Shown: positions 42,314 through 56,635 of the stretch, in pieces | Layout of the letters: every line of letters starts with the position of its first letter | Position numbering within the stretch: the first letter of the stretch is position 1 | Origin: Eledone cirrhosa | Lineage: Eukaryota | Reading direction: 5' to 3' | NCBI GenBank assembly: GCA_964016885.1 | Contig: OZ024740.1 | Coordinates: 424,204,001-424,268,000 of the forward strand | Length of the DNA: 64,000 nt | Notes under the pieces: model-generated | The model's database searches: none | What the model was told of the DNA's origin: nothing | Seen by the model: the letters and a program-made list of their open reading frames with translations, nothing else | Translations under genes and position numbers: made by a program

Positions 42314-43959
42314 ATGTTTGTATGGTATGAATTATCTGCTGCTATTGAATCAAAGAAGATTCATTTCTCCATTCATCCAGAATGATCCTCAATAGGGAAA
42401 AGACAGAAACATATTCAATAAGTAAAGAAAAGATTTCATATTAAGAATTAAAGAAGAGAGAAAAAAAGTAAGAACAACAAGGAACAACAACAGTAGAAGC
42501 AGTATGAATAAAGACATAACGGTATAAGAAGAGGAAGAAAGAGTAAATCTTGTGGTTTATTCCCTAGTTGGCTTTGAGCCATATCAACTAATTCACAATT
42601 GATCTCTGCACCAAATTAAAAAGACTGCTGGGGTTTCTTGAATCAAACAGTGTTTATTGCTAGAATAAGATCTGAACTACAGATCTGACATGCACATAAA
42701 ACGTCATCTAGGGATAATGAAACTATGTATTATATGTGTGTGTATAAATATATAAGTTTGTGTTTGTATGTGTGTATATATATATATATAAGCATCATCA
42801 CCGTTTAATCTTGGTTTTTCCAAGCTAGCATGGGGTGTGTGGGGTGTGTGGTGTGTGTGGTGTGTGGTGTGTGGTGTGTGTGGTGTGTGGTGTTTGGTGT
42901 GTGGTGTGTGGTGTGTGGTGTGTGTGTGTGTGTGTGTGTGTCCGTGTCCATGTGTATACCCCCATCACCAACATCAGCATTTAACATCTGTTTTCCTTGT
43001 TAGCAAGGATTGGATGGGTCACCACAGACCAAATCAGCACTTAATCAGAGCTACTGACTTCTCAGAGAACCAGGAGGTCCATATCTTGCTTACATACATT
43101 TTTGCACTCTATGAAGTGCACCAGATGCATTTTATTGTGGCACTAGCAGTAGGAAGTTTGTCACGTCTTTGTATTGGCTGTTTGGCACATTTTCTCTAAC
43201 TGGAGGCTCTTCGTACCACCAACCATTTTACAAAATATACTGAGGGTATTTATTGAGTCACCAATTCTAGAGAGGTTGTTAGACTGTGTTTCTGATAAAG
43301 CTGAAACGACCTTTTGATCCTATTTTGGCATCGTTTGTGTGCATGTGCAGGTGTCCATGTGTGTGTACATACAGACATAACACTACTGCTCTTCTGAGTC
43401 ATGTAGAATGTAGAAATGGAGGCTCTCTTCTCCATTAAAACTTATTCTTGTGTTTGTTTTCAATGTTTGTGAGACCTTGTGTAAGCAATAGTTAATCACA
43501 AATGTAAACATCTGGTCTGGCATGCATAGAAAATTAATTAGAAAGAACTATAAAGAAAGAGAGATCATGTAAGAGGCGAGGTGCTATTGATAATGAAGGG
43601 AGGATTCTATTGATTACATTAATAATATTGATTTCTTTTATTGGCACAAGACACTGGGGACAATTTAAGAACAAAAAAATAATAAAAATAATAAGTAGTG
43701 AAAGTGTGGCTTAGGTTCAGGGAAAAAGAGTAAAATCAAGAAAACATTAGATATAACAAAGTAAAATCTTAGAGAAAGTCCCAGATTATTTTATATCACC
43801 AAAAGTATTGAAAGTACTCTCTCTACTAGTTACTTTTCCTCCTGTTTAGAAGATATATTTAGAGTAGGCCCATTTAGCTGTGACAATTTTGCTACTCTCA
43901 CTCATTTTTGTGAAACACACTAGAAGGCACCCCCTCACTAGCCATACCTTCTTCTCCAA

Positions 43960-44190
43960 GGTTGAGAGCTTGGTTCAGAGAAGAGAATTCATGTCCGCTA
44001 ACACTTCAGGTATGTCCACCAAACAACTTCTTTCACCATAGCCACCATTCAGCAGAAACCTTGTTGCCCTTCTTTGTCAAAAAAGGAAGGTAGCTGTTTA
44101 AAACTTGACTGATCTGTTCCAAACACAATAGCAGCTGTTCAACACATGCCCACAATGCTAATGTGTACAACAGTTTCAAAGCATTGCACC
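43960..44190 (-). pseudogene. Possible very old L1/Tx1-type ORF2 C-terminal remnant
   Basis: Piecewise minus translation CFETVVH..LWACVEQLL..VAMVKEVVWWT; weak, multi-frame. Confidence 0.3.
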
Positions 44191-44199
44191 TAAAAAGTC

Positions 44200-44480
44200 T
44201 AAAGTCTGTCACAAGCCCGGATACTCATCAGGCCATGGCTTATCCCAGTTTCCATGTTGTGACGTGACTGCAAGTACAAAACTCCCCACTGGACAGGACA
44301 CCAGTCCATCACAGAGTTAAACCCCCAACTACCGCTGGTACTCATTTTCAGCTGAGTATACTGGAGCATCATGAAATGAAGTGTTTTGCTCAAGAACACA
44401 ACACATAACCCAGTCCAGTATTCAGACCCACAACATTATGATCTTAAGTCCAACACCCTTACTACTAGGCAATGCATGCT
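44200..44480 (-). mobile_element. SINE family B
   Basis: Reverse complement of 3571-3850. Confidence 0.8.
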
Positions 44481-46439
44481 TGTCAATATTTTGTGTTTGA
44501 GTGAATATATTATGTATTGATGGCAGGTCACAATTCAATATAATTTTAAGTTTCATTTGAAGAATGGCCACAATTACCTTCTCTGCAACTGATGAATTTG
44601 AAGGTGATAGTTCATATTTTTTTAGAGATTTTGTTCTTCACTGCAGGCCAAATTATATTTGGTTTGAATTTTTTTAGATATCATTCTCTGTTATTCTACC
44701 TACTTGTTGAGTTAATAGCAACATGTGCAAAAGATACACCCATTTCTACAATACTGTTGTGGATCTATTGATTGGCATCACACTTTTGAAAGGGACTGGT
44801 TGTACACACACACATTTAGTACATGCATATATACATATACACACACATTCTTTTTTCTCCTCATTTTTTGTGAATCCCTCAGGAAAACTTAAAATTATAC
44901 TATGTCTACGTTTTTAGCAAATTGGAGAGAATTTATTATCGTAAGAGCCTACATTTCTTGTGGCCCTTGACAACCTTATTCATAGTTTCTTGAGAAAAAG
45001 TTATCATCAAGCACAACAAACAAGGCAATGGAAATGATAGGTAGCATGCCATACCATTCAGAAGGGATAGATGTGTGTGGAGAGAGAGAGATACATCAAA
45101 TCTCCCCCAAGTGTATCTACTCCCTGCTCCTCCAACACCACCACTTCTATTACTGCAACTTCCACTCCAGTACTTCCACAACAACCAGTACCACCCCCAC
45201 TACCACTTCTCATACATTCCCTCCTCAACCTACTTCCCCCTTTTTCTCACTCCCTCCTCTACTGCTTCTATCACCATCACCACCACTACCTATATCCCCC
45301 ACTCTCCCACTAGTACCACCGCTCATCCCAGTCAGAAATGAAAGAGCACATAAGATTGTTCCAACATGTAATATCTGTTATTATTTATGAGACTTCATTG
45401 CATGTATAGTCCAATAAGCTGGCTGTCAATTTCAGATTGGATCATCATTGTGACTCTTTTCTTGCTCACTGGACAACCAATACTAGTAAACCATTATAGT
45501 AAATCATATCCACTCATTGATACAAACAACATGGAAGGTTGGCGGGAGCTGGAGGAGGGGAAAGGCTGGTGGGAGGATGAGGGGAGGGGGAATGCTGGCA
45601 GAGGGAGGGGCGGGATTGAGAGTGAGTATGTGTAGGGGGGGGGGGGTCTTTCTCTTTCTATGTAATAATAAGTTTTTAGCAGTTACATAGAACATTCAGG
45701 AGAATGCACGATTTTAAATAGGTTTAGGTTTGTGTGTATATATATAAGAGGCAAGAGGGAGAGGTAGATAGAGGAGGGGTAGAGAGAGGAGAGGAAGAGG
45801 CAAGAGAAATAGTTGGAGAGAGAGGGGCAAAAGAGATAGAGAGGGGGTGAGTGGGAAAGAGTGTTAGAGAGGTAGGGAAAGAGAGAGAGAGAGAGTGAAT
45901 TAGTGTGTGAAGTAGAATTTGAGCATCAGAAAAAAGGGGGATAACTGTATTGAATGTTGAGGAATTTATTTTACATTATCAAAAATCAAACTGTAATAAA
46001 TAACTTACAAATAAATAATAAAATTTCTGTGATTCTTAGTTCCCATTTCTTAGTAGCCCCAGTGTCAGTCAGCCTACTTAACTTTAGTAGATACTAAGAT
46101 CAAAGCTGTTTTTTCTAGCCATGACATCTCATTCTACTCTGGGTATTGCATACTACTTTATCTAATTTGGCTATCTCCTTTTTCAAGATGGGACAATGTA
46201 ATTTGTGGGGAGGGAGGGGAGAATTTGGTTGAGAGCGCCCCACCCTCCTCCTTGATGGTTCAGTGAATGTTAATTCTCTTCTGTGTAGGGGAGAAAGTGA
46301 AATGTAAGAATTTCCACATTTTTTGCCTTCTTGCTAAGAGCATTAACAGCATATAAAGAAAGTGATACCCCTCTTACCAAGAATTGAAGCCACATTTATG
46401 TCCAACTCAACATGCTAAGAGCTTATACTCTTTAACGAG

Positions 46440-46618
46440 GAAAGTGTCAGGCAATGCTTAGCACCATTCATTCCGGTACTTTACATTCTGAGTTCAAATT
46501 CTGCTGAGGCCCACTTTGCCTTTCATTCTTCTGGAGTCGATAAAATAAAGTGCTGGAGTTGATTAGATTGTTTTTCCCTTTCTTCAAATTGCTGGCCTTG
46601 TGTCTAAATTAGAAATTA
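46440..46618 (+). mobile_element. Diverged SINE family A
   Basis: GAGTTCAAATTCTGCTGAGG..CTTTGCCTTTCATTC..GTCGATAAAATAAAG. Confidence 0.75.
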
Positions 46619-47237
46619 CTCTTTAATGAGGGAATCTCTATATGGTTGCTTGCTCAACTGGCCTGAAATAGTCATGAAATCTTTCTCAAATGATACACAA
46701 GCATCTTAGAAATGGAAGGACACAATAAAATATGTAGTCTCTGATATATTTTTAAAAAAAGTCACCTGGATGGTCATAGAAGGAACTCTACTCTCAATTT
46801 CAACACAGACTCAACAACAAATATAGTTGATAAGCTTTCACACCTTGAACATTCAGTTGATAGATTATATACATTTGAATTAATGATTGAGCCAAGGAGC
46901 ACTAGGGTTAGCTGACATATTGAAGGTTCAACTCCCATCAAATACAATAAACTATTTATGATGATGGGATCACAGAAAAAACAAAAACTATTTCCTGCTA
47001 GAGGTGTTTTAGGGCTTTGTTTCCTATGTTTTTGTTTTATATGACAATTTGTGAAAAATAGTGTCTGTTATTGGTGACAGGTTTCAACAGACAAATCCCT
47101 GGGTCATTGAATTTTGCACATCAATAGTGACAACAGATTTATTAACTAGTGGAACAAATATAAAAGGGGGGGGGGGGGCATTTTTATTTGAAAATATTGG
47201 CTTTTGACTACTTTATGAATCTTTACACGTTTCACTG

Positions 47238-47271
<34 letters not shown>

Positions 47272-48424
47272 ATAACCCATGCTAGCATGGAAGAATGGAC
47301 GTAAAATGGTGATGATGATATATATATATATATATCCAAGTTCAACTTTGCCTTCCATCAATTCAAGGTCAAATAAAAAAAAGAGTACCAGTCAAGTATT
47401 GGGGTTCTTCCTCTATATCTCTATCTCACTCTCTGGAAGAAATCTGCTGTGTTCAGATCTGGAGAAGAGATGGGCTCTCTACTATTGCAGTCAGAATACA
47501 GCCCAGAATTTCTTCTATTGCAGTCAGAATATAGACAAAAGTTTCTTTTATCACAGTTAAAATACAGCTCAGAATTTCTTCTGTATGTCCCTGTTTGCAG
47601 CCACTTGAATAATTCTCATTTATTTAACATCATCATCTCTTTCATCACTTGATGAGTTCAACACACACACACAGTGCAGTAGTAAACAGCTGGTTAGATA
47701 ATGTCTGTTAAAGAGGTTGTCAATTGAGAACTACACATAGTTTCAGAGTTTAAATAATATGTAGAGACTTGGTGAATGAGACATGCTGCATATGTACTCC
47801 TTACTATACACTCACTATTTATGCATAATGCAATATTGTATACAATTTTACTCTTTACACTTTTGCTAGCTTCAGTCATTGGTCTGGGGTCATGCTGGGG
47901 TACATCAAAAAGTATTAAAAACTAATGGAGCTGAATAATAAATATATTGAATTTCAATTTGATTAAAAGAAATGCTTTTCTTTTTTCTCTTTATTTACTC
48001 ATTTCATATTCTTTTTCCATGTTTTAATCACAGTTAACATAAAAGAAGCTTTGACTAATGCTTTCATTAGTAAAATGCATTCTTAGCTTTTAGGAATAAA
48101 AGTTTCATGGAAGGGATAAAAAAAGAATAAGAGAAAATAAAAATAACAAAAATATTAATAAAAAGCATACAAAGCCACAATCCCCCCCCCCCCCCTAACC
48201 ATTCCAGTCCTCGCTCACGCTAATTAGATATCGTTTATCACTGAAAAATGAAAATACACTGCTATAATCAGGGTTTTAAGTTTGAGAAGATGAGTAAGTT
48301 GGGGCAGGGGGTATGTAGAGAAAAATACCTGAATTGCATTAACAGATAAAAGAAAAGAAAAACATTTTTGGGTTTATCGAAATATGTTGGCACCCCTGCT
48401 TTATAAAATATAAAGAGAAGGGGG

Positions 48425-48632
48425 GGGGATTACATGAGGAGGGGGGTGAGAAGTATGGAAATTACAGGAGGAGGGTGAGAGGTATGGAGATTACAGGAGG
48501 AGGAGGCTAAGAGAAATAAAAATTACAGGAGGAGGAGGAGGTGTGGAATGGAAATTACATGGAGGAAGAGGCTGAGAGGTATGGAGACTACATGAGGAAG
48601 CTAAGGAGGAAGCTGAGAGGTATGGAAATTAC
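48425..48632. repeat. Purine-rich ~30-bp degenerate tandem repeat
   Basis: GAGGTATGGA(A/G)ATTACAGGAGGAG units. Confidence 0.75.
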
Positions 48633-48837
48633 GGACTAATTCTGCTAACTGCTACTCACCAAGAAAGCGTTTTCAGGAAGTAAATATTGAAAAATATAAA
48701 ATAAAGAGACAGCTGCTAGTTGGTGATTGAGCAAAAACTAAACCATAAAGCTTAAAACTGTTTTTTGGGCCCAAGAAGTTGATCAATATTTTATTTAAAT
48801 CGGAAAAGTAAAAAGGGATGTGCTATACAAGAACAGA

Positions 48838-48871
<34 letters not shown>

Positions 48872-49689
48872 CAATAATTGAAGAAATAATAATAAGAATA
48901 ATTACAATAACAACAATATGAAGAGTAAGAATAATGATAATAATAATAATAATATTGATGAAAATAATGTTGTTAACTTTACAACAAGCACTATAAAAGT
49001 ATTGAAAATGGAAAAAAATCCTTTGATTGATACGATTAGCACAGCTATGTTAAAATGAAGATAAACCAGAGAAAATAAACTTTTATATGTTAACAAATAA
49101 ATTAAATGTTTTTTTACATTTTTATTTTTCATTAATATTATTATTATTATTATTATATATTTATTGTATTTTTATTTTAACTATATAAGGTTTTACATCA
49201 TTGGAGGATTTTAAATCTACTTTAGCAGACAAAACTGTCAACAGAAGATTATCTTGCAAAACAGAAAACAGATTTGGTTCTCTTGTTTTCTTGTTTTGTT
49301 GCTTTTTCAATATTTATTTTTACGTTGTTGTTTCTTTTATATATATCTATTTATCTATCTAATATTATTTATTTATTTTCATAGGTGGTAAGAATTTCAT
49401 GCATCACTATAAGGTTGTAAAACTCTTTCTTTGAAAGTTATATAGTGTATGAAAGAAATGTAATTGTTTCTTTCAATGTTCTTTTCCTTTATATTTCCAC
49501 CCTCTTTGTCTTACATGCTTGAAAATAACAGAAAATTAAGTGGAAATCTTTGGAGAGCTATTATTACTGCTATTACGAGTTACTACTTTGTCTAACCCAT
49601 GCTAGAGTGGAAAAATGGATGTTAAATGATGATGACAATGACGATGATTAACTTCTACAAAATAAATAAATGAATAAACAAATAAATAA

Positions 49690-50218
49690 ATAATAATAAT
49701 GGTTTCTGATTTAGGCACAACTCAGTGCATTACTGGTACTTTATTTTATCAACCCTGTAAAGATGAAAGGCAAAGCTAACTCCAATAAAAAATAGTTTCT
49801 GATTCAGGTATAAGGCCAACAATTTAAGAGGGAGTGGGGAATGTCGATTAAATCAACTCCAGTGAATTACTGGCACTTTATAATAATTGTTTCTACTTTT
49901 GGCACAAGGCCAGCAATTACCCAGTGCATTACTGGTACTTTATTTTATCGCCCCTGTAAGGATGAAAGGCAAAGTTAACCATGGCGGGATTTGAACTCAG
50001 AATGGCAAGGGCCATAACTCTTTACGTCAAAGCATGGCGTCCGACCCTCTACTGATACTGCCAATCCACTGCCCTTTATAATAATAATGATTTCTACTAT
50101 AGGCACAAGGCCAGTAATTTTGGGGAGGGGAAAGTCAATTTAATCGGCCCCAGTACAAGACTGGTACTTTATTTTATCGAGCTCGTAAGGATGAAAGGCA
50201 AAGTTAACCTCAGCGGGA
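49690..50218 (-). mobile_element. Cluster of four SINE family A copies/fragments
   Basis: Consensus matches in the same orientation. Confidence 0.85.
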
Positions 50219-50474
50219 ATAAAAGACAAAAAGATCGTGAATGGATGTATGCTATATCTAATGAGTTTCTATCAACACTTCTGAATTAAATAAACTTAAA
50301 ATGAAGAAAATGAAGAAAATGAATAAAACAGTATGTAATTTGAAATGTTTTCTTTGTAGATGTAAGTAATTAGTGAATAGTTTCTAATTAAATATATAAA
50401 TGTATAAATTTAGAAAATTTGTTCAACTTCAAAGTGAATATTTTTTCCAACTAGTAACTTTACATTTACTCATA

Positions 50475-50828
50475 TCAGGTCAGGTTTCTTCTGCCTGCTA
50501 TTGGTACCATGTAACCCAGTACACACTGTTTCATAGTCAACTGGTCAGTGACTAAATCGGCTCCCCCACCAGACCCTGGTTTGGTGAGAAGGGTATGTGG
50601 AACCCTAGCAGCACAAAAATAAGAGTTGTTAAAAGGGTAGATGAACGCCCCAGAGTCAATGGCCATCTACCCTAACTATGGATTAAATAGCCTCACCAAC
50701 CCACAATTGGCCAAGGGTGGTGAGTATGGCTACACCCCTGAAGACATGACCAAAACCAAACAGAAAGCAGTGGAGGTCAACAAGAAGTCCCTCCAATAGG
50801 AGTGAAAAGGCCCTGGATTGGATTGGAT
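50475..50828 (+). mobile_element. Unclassified dispersed repeat, copy 2, ending in (TGGAT)3
   Basis: Homologous to 3858-4142; short tandem tail suggests a retroposon 3' end. Confidence 0.65.
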
Positions 50829-51038
50829 ATAACCCTTTAACATTTAAACCGGCCAGAATTCTCTCACCTCTTTCTGTTTAAACCAGTCGTAACCAGCTAC
50901 TCATACTGATGTTAAGGTCTTGTTCTCAATAAATAATATGAAAATCTCATAGATTGAAATATTATGTGAGGTAAAGCCTTTATCATGAAAATACTATAGT
51001 ATTTTCATGATAGAGTAATGTAAATGCTAAAGGGTTAA
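50829..51038 (+). mobile_element. TTAA-type MITE family M2 with internal 32-bp palindrome
   Basis: TIRs AACCCTTTAACATTTA ... TAAATGCTAAAGGGTTAA. Confidence 0.8.
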
Positions 51039-51566
51039 AGAGAGTGAATGGCAAAAACAGTATTCTGGTTTGATGAACAGAAAACTGTGTATTGAATTCG
51101 AGTGTAAGTCACTGACACTTCTTGTAATATAATACTAAGAAAGAATCAATGTGTATGACAAATCTAGAAGCCCTTTGAGTTACTGCTAGAATGCATTTGA
51201 TGGGCTTCTGCAAAGAATCTGCATGCCAAATTTTACTGACAAGGTTTGGATTAAGCCAAGCACTATAGAAGAAGAAACTTATCTATGGCTAGCAATCAAA
51301 CTTGAGTTCCTGTGATTGCAAAGCAATTTCTTGGCCATTCTACCATTACCATGGCAGTAATAGTAGAATTCTGTGCAAAATATCATACTGCATTTAATTA
51401 TGCAGTTTTAAATCCCACCCGCTGGCCAACTTTGCCTTTAATTATTCTGGGGACAATAAAATAAAGTATCACTAATGAAGTACTGGAGTCAATTTAATCA
51501 ACTTTTGCCTGCCCTCAAATTTCTGGCCTCGTGCCTATACATGTGGTTATTGATGCTCAAGCTAGC

Positions 51567-51801
51567 TTAACCCTTTAGTTACCAACCTGGCCAAAATCAG
51601 TTCTGATTCTATGAATAAAACCCATTTTAAAAGTTTCCAATTTAAAATAAAATCTTCCAACATTATTTTATATAAGAACCTTACATTAATTACTGTCTTG
51701 GTAATGAAATAATTAATAATTTAAGGAAATCCCTAAAAATTCTGCATTAATTAATTAAAATAGAGGGTATTTCATTAGAAATGTGGTCATGAAAAGGTTA
51801 A
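51567..51801 (+). mobile_element. TTAA-flanked MITE family M1
   Basis: TTAA at both ends, CCCTTT..AAAAGG termini. Confidence 0.8.
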
Positions 51802-52175
51802 GCTTGATACAAGATGATACAATTATACCAGCAAATATCAAGAAACATGTGACATGGTAAAATATAGTAGAGAAGTAGCAAATAGCTATAACAAATACAA
51901 GACAGATGAGAGAGGCAAAACACACACACACAATCACGTGTCTAAAAGAAGACTGCATGTTAGCATGTCTGACCTATACAAAAATTGTAATATCACTGAT
52001 ATGAAATAATGAGACTGTTTTTTGCTGTATGCTTCATCAAATATTACATTAAGACTATATTGAAATAAGACGGCAAATTAATCTAAATGGCCAAATAAAA
52101 GAAAAAATAAAGAAAGCATGAAATAAGAATCAAAGCAATTTTATTGCTAATTCTAATAAAATACATCAAAACAGA

Positions 52176-52470
<295 letters not shown>

Positions 52471-52508
52471 AGATTGTCTATTCAAAAGATAGAAACTATA
52501 ATCAAATA

Positions 52509-52545
<37 letters not shown>

Positions 52546-52899
52546 GTGTGTAAATATATATGTGTCTGTGAATATATATATAAATGTGTGTGTGCTTATA
52601 TATATAAATATATATATATAAGATGCTAAGAAGAGAATGTATTTGCCAAATTACATTTATTACTATTTCATTTCTGTCAATAAACATGATGGTGGCGGTG
52701 GGGAGAACACAAAGTATAACATTTCTAAGATTTCTATAGCTGCAACAAAATAATAAGTTGGACTTTATAAAAAAAAGAGCTCTGCTGCAGGGAGGTGGAG
52801 GAGTTGGGGAAGGTGTCACACACCTAGAAATCTTTGTATTTCTTCCAGAAATAAACATGACTTGGCATGTCTATTTCTGTGACATTCCTCTTAATATTA

Positions 52900-52934
<35 letters not shown>

Positions 52935-53055
52935 TATGAGGGTATATATATACACATATACACAATGTATGTATGCATGTATGTTCAACACTTGCTGACA
53001 GGGAAAATGGATGTTAAATGATGAGGAAGATTATATATATATATATATAATCCTG

Positions 53056-54096
53056 AAATTTACAACTCTTTCCTACAATCAGACCTGGACACAATGCAGC
53101 AATGGATCACAGACTGGCAACTGAAGCTGGCTGTGGACAAGTGTACCACCATGCATTTTGGAAGGAAAAATCCAGCGTCCACATACTCCCTCCACAACAC
53201 TGATATCAAGAAGTCCTCTTGTGAACGTGACCTGGGCATTACTGTCAGCAGCGATTTGCGTTGGACAAAGCATGTCTCTAAGATTGTCAAGAAGGCCGAG
53301 GGTGTCTTGGCATCAGTCAGCAAGACCTTTGTTAGCCGCTCTCTAGCCATCTATTTAAAACTGTATACAACTATGGTACGACCACACTTGGAATTCGCAT
53401 CATCAGTCTGGAACCCCTATCTTGCTCAGAACATTGACCTCCTGGAAACTGTTCAGAGACGTGCAACCAAGCGCATATCCTCCATCAGACACCTACCATA
53501 CTCTGAACGCCTTGCTTCCCTGGGCATGGATTCATTGAAGCTCCGACGTCTGGCAATGGACTTGGTGAATACCGACAAAGTTATTAACCATCTCACCAAT
53601 TGCAACCCTGAGCACCTTTTTGATCTCCATCTGTCTAACACACGTGGACATGCCTACAAAATCAGAAAACAGCACAGCTCCCATGACTTTCGTAGACATT
53701 TTTTCACGCTCACTCAGAGTTGCTGAAGCATAGAACAAACTGCCTGCGTCAGTTGTTAGCTGCGAGCCACTGCATCCTTTAAGACACTCATGCTTCCCGA
53801 AATACGCCAAAACTACACCTGATGTACCCCTTCCATACACATGCAAACATGTGTGTATCATGACTCGTGCACTGTTCATTTTACTGATGTTTGTGCATTG
53901 CCCTATGTACTGTACATGCACTTTTTGATGAGTTGTGGTGCACCTGGGCACTGTACACAATATTTCATTATTATTATATCATGACTCATACACTGTTCAT
54001 TTTCCTGACATTTGTACATTATTCTATGTACTATACATGCACCTTTGATGAGTTGTATGTAATGCACCTGAGCACTGTACACAATAATTTCATTAT

Positions 54097-54100
<4 letters not shown>
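53056..54100 (+). mobile_element. 5'-truncated CR1-type LINE (ORF2 C-terminus 53094-~53800 + duplicated 3' end)
   Basis: W..DWQL..A.DKC..MHFG, ERDLGI, VRPHLEFASSVWNPY, LETVQRRATK, TRGH, FFT/frameshift/RV..NKLP; (ATT)n tail. Confidence 0.9.
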
Positions 54101-54139
<39 letters not shown>

Positions 54140-54824
54140 TGTGAACTGGGGGCATTAAATCGTGGCATCACCATTATTACTTTACAGAGTGAACTGGGTG
54201 CATTTACCATGACATCAGCACTACCATAATGCTAGATATACCATTTTCAAGCTAAGATTCAGCTAATATTTTGCTATTTTGGCAATCTCACCATATTTCA
54301 ATTTCTATAAACTGGGATAAGCATTAAATCAGAGATAATTTGACATGTTTATTTTTTTTTTAACTCAGAGGACTTTTAATAGAGAAGAAATCAAGTGAAA
54401 CAACCAGCTTGCTGTCACCAGGATTGTTTAACAAACTTAATATAGGTAAATGATGGGAATCAATATTTACAGTATTAAGTAACCTGGAACAACATGTCAA
54501 AGCAATATATAATACAGGTGAAATTTGAACAGAATTTCAATAAGATGCTAAAGAGACTACAGAGAACAATAGATTTTGTTGTGTGAATTAGACAATAAGC
54601 TTCATGTAAGTTGTCTGAAAGATCTAATGGATAGTTTGGTGAAAATAGGATATTAAATGAAGATATGATAAATTACCATTAAATACTGAAATAGAATTAA
54701 ACCTTTATACAAATGGTTACTTGACCTGCAAGAAATAGCAACCAAAACCTCCCTCAAACTGCACCATCAAATAAATAAAAAAAAGAACATGTCGATTGTT
54801 GTACAATAGATGAATAAAATACTA

Positions 54825-54955
54825 ATTTCTGATTTGTGCACAAGGCCAACAATTTTGGTGGGAGAGGAAAGTCGATTAAATCGATCCCAGTGCATTACTG
54901 GTATTTTATTTATTGACCTTGTAAGGATGAAAGGTAAAGTTAACTTCGGCGGGAT
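54825..54955 (-). mobile_element. SINE family A, long variant, partial
   Basis: Includes the GTCGATTAAATCGA insert. Confidence 0.75.
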
Positions 54956-55768
54956 GAATAAATGAATAAAATAATAAGATATGATTTTGACTAGAACATC
55001 TCAATCACAGCTAAACAACACACACACATAATGGTAATTCTCAGTTCAATGTTCCCTAATCTACTAGAAATAACAATCAGGACTTCATATTGTCTTAGAA
55101 AAATGAAAGAATACATTGGATGATGTCACTCACTGCATGACATATGTGTGTGTGTGTGTGTTTAAAAAGTAAACAGATACCAAAGCAAACAATATAGTAC
55201 AATGAATAAATATATTAGTTTAATGCTCGATATAGTAGGAAAAGAGACTTAACATTTTGGACATTACTCCATCAGAAGATAGAATGAAAAATAAAAGATG
55301 AAATACATAGATAGAGTGAGAAGAGGAAAAGAATAGAATAGATATTTTTTTAGAAAAATGTGTATTCAGTGAGCTCTGCATTATATTCTTCTCCTAGCTT
55401 CAGTCATTAGAATGCTACCTTGCTGGGTTACTGTCATGATTTAGTCAATCATAGCGACCCCAGAACTTATTTTATTAATCTCGTTTTTATGAAACCATTA
55501 AGTTACAGGACCTAAACACAGACACAGGCGTAAGCATACAAATACAGACAGAGAGACAGACACATAAACCAAAAGTTTAGTAGTCGTCATGGTGGTGGTA
55601 GTAGAAGTAGTAGTAGTAGTAGTGGTAGTGGTAGTAGTAGTAGTAGTAATGATGGTAATAGTAGTAGTAGTGGTGTTACATTGGAACAGTGGTAAAGGTA
55701 AGGTATCTAACATTTAGTATTAGTTTATAATTTGAGTTAGCAAGATCAAGAAAACAACGAAGATATTT

Positions 55769-55975
55769 TTAACCCTTTCATGAACATATTTCTAAGGAAA
55801 TACACTATTTTAATTAAGCAAGAATTTTGAGGGATTTACTAGAATTATTAATTATTTCATTACCAAGATAGTAACTTAATGTAAGGTTCTTATATGTTGG
55901 AAGATTTTAATTTAATTTGGAAACCTTATAAATGTGACTTTATTTCGTAGACCAGAGCTGGTTTGCCTGGGTTAA
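55769..55975 (-). mobile_element. TTAA-flanked MITE family M1
   Basis: Reverse complement of the 35406/51567 copies. Confidence 0.75.
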
Positions 55976-56199
55976 AGAAAACTACTAAAATATTTGTTGT
56001 AGTTGTTTAGTTTCAAGAGTCAGCTCTAATAAATCAGACCTGTGAACAATAGCTATTAAGTTAGACATGGCCTGGGCCAATATCGGCTGAAACTTATTTT
56101 AATTACAATATCATAATATCAAGAAGTAAAAAAAGACAGAAAAAGAAATTGGAGACAGGCAGGATGATCTGTCCCCCTCATTGACTTGCAGACAAAACA

Positions 56200-56635
56200 G
56201 AAGGGTGTGAATTGGGGGGAGATTCAACTACTACATCTAGCAGGCTGATCAATTAGAGTCCTTTATTTCTCTATTCTATCATTGGTTTCTAAGTTATGCT
56301 TTAACCCTGTGGAAAGAAATTCAAATACAAAAAGATAAAGATAAAGAGGAAAAGTAAATATATACAAATTTCAAAACGGTGTGATTTGAGGAGAGATTTA
56401 ACTACTACTTCTAGCAGGATGATCAACCATAGAGAATCCACTATTCTATCATTGGCGTTTAAGTATGTTTAACATTGTGGAAGGAAGTTCAACAAAAGAA
56501 AAAGAAATTTCAAAAGGGTATGATTTGAAGGGAGATTTAGCTACTACTTCTAGCAGGCTGATCAATCATAGAGAATCCACTATTCTATCATTGGCTTCTA
56601 AGTATGTTTAACATTGTGGAAGGAAGTTCAACAAG
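56200..56635 (+). repeat. Three diverged tandem units containing a dispersed GGAGATTTAGCT..TTCTAGCAGG motif
   Basis: Units start ~56200, 56377, 56514; motif also near 54720 (-), 61200 and 61750. Confidence 0.75.
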
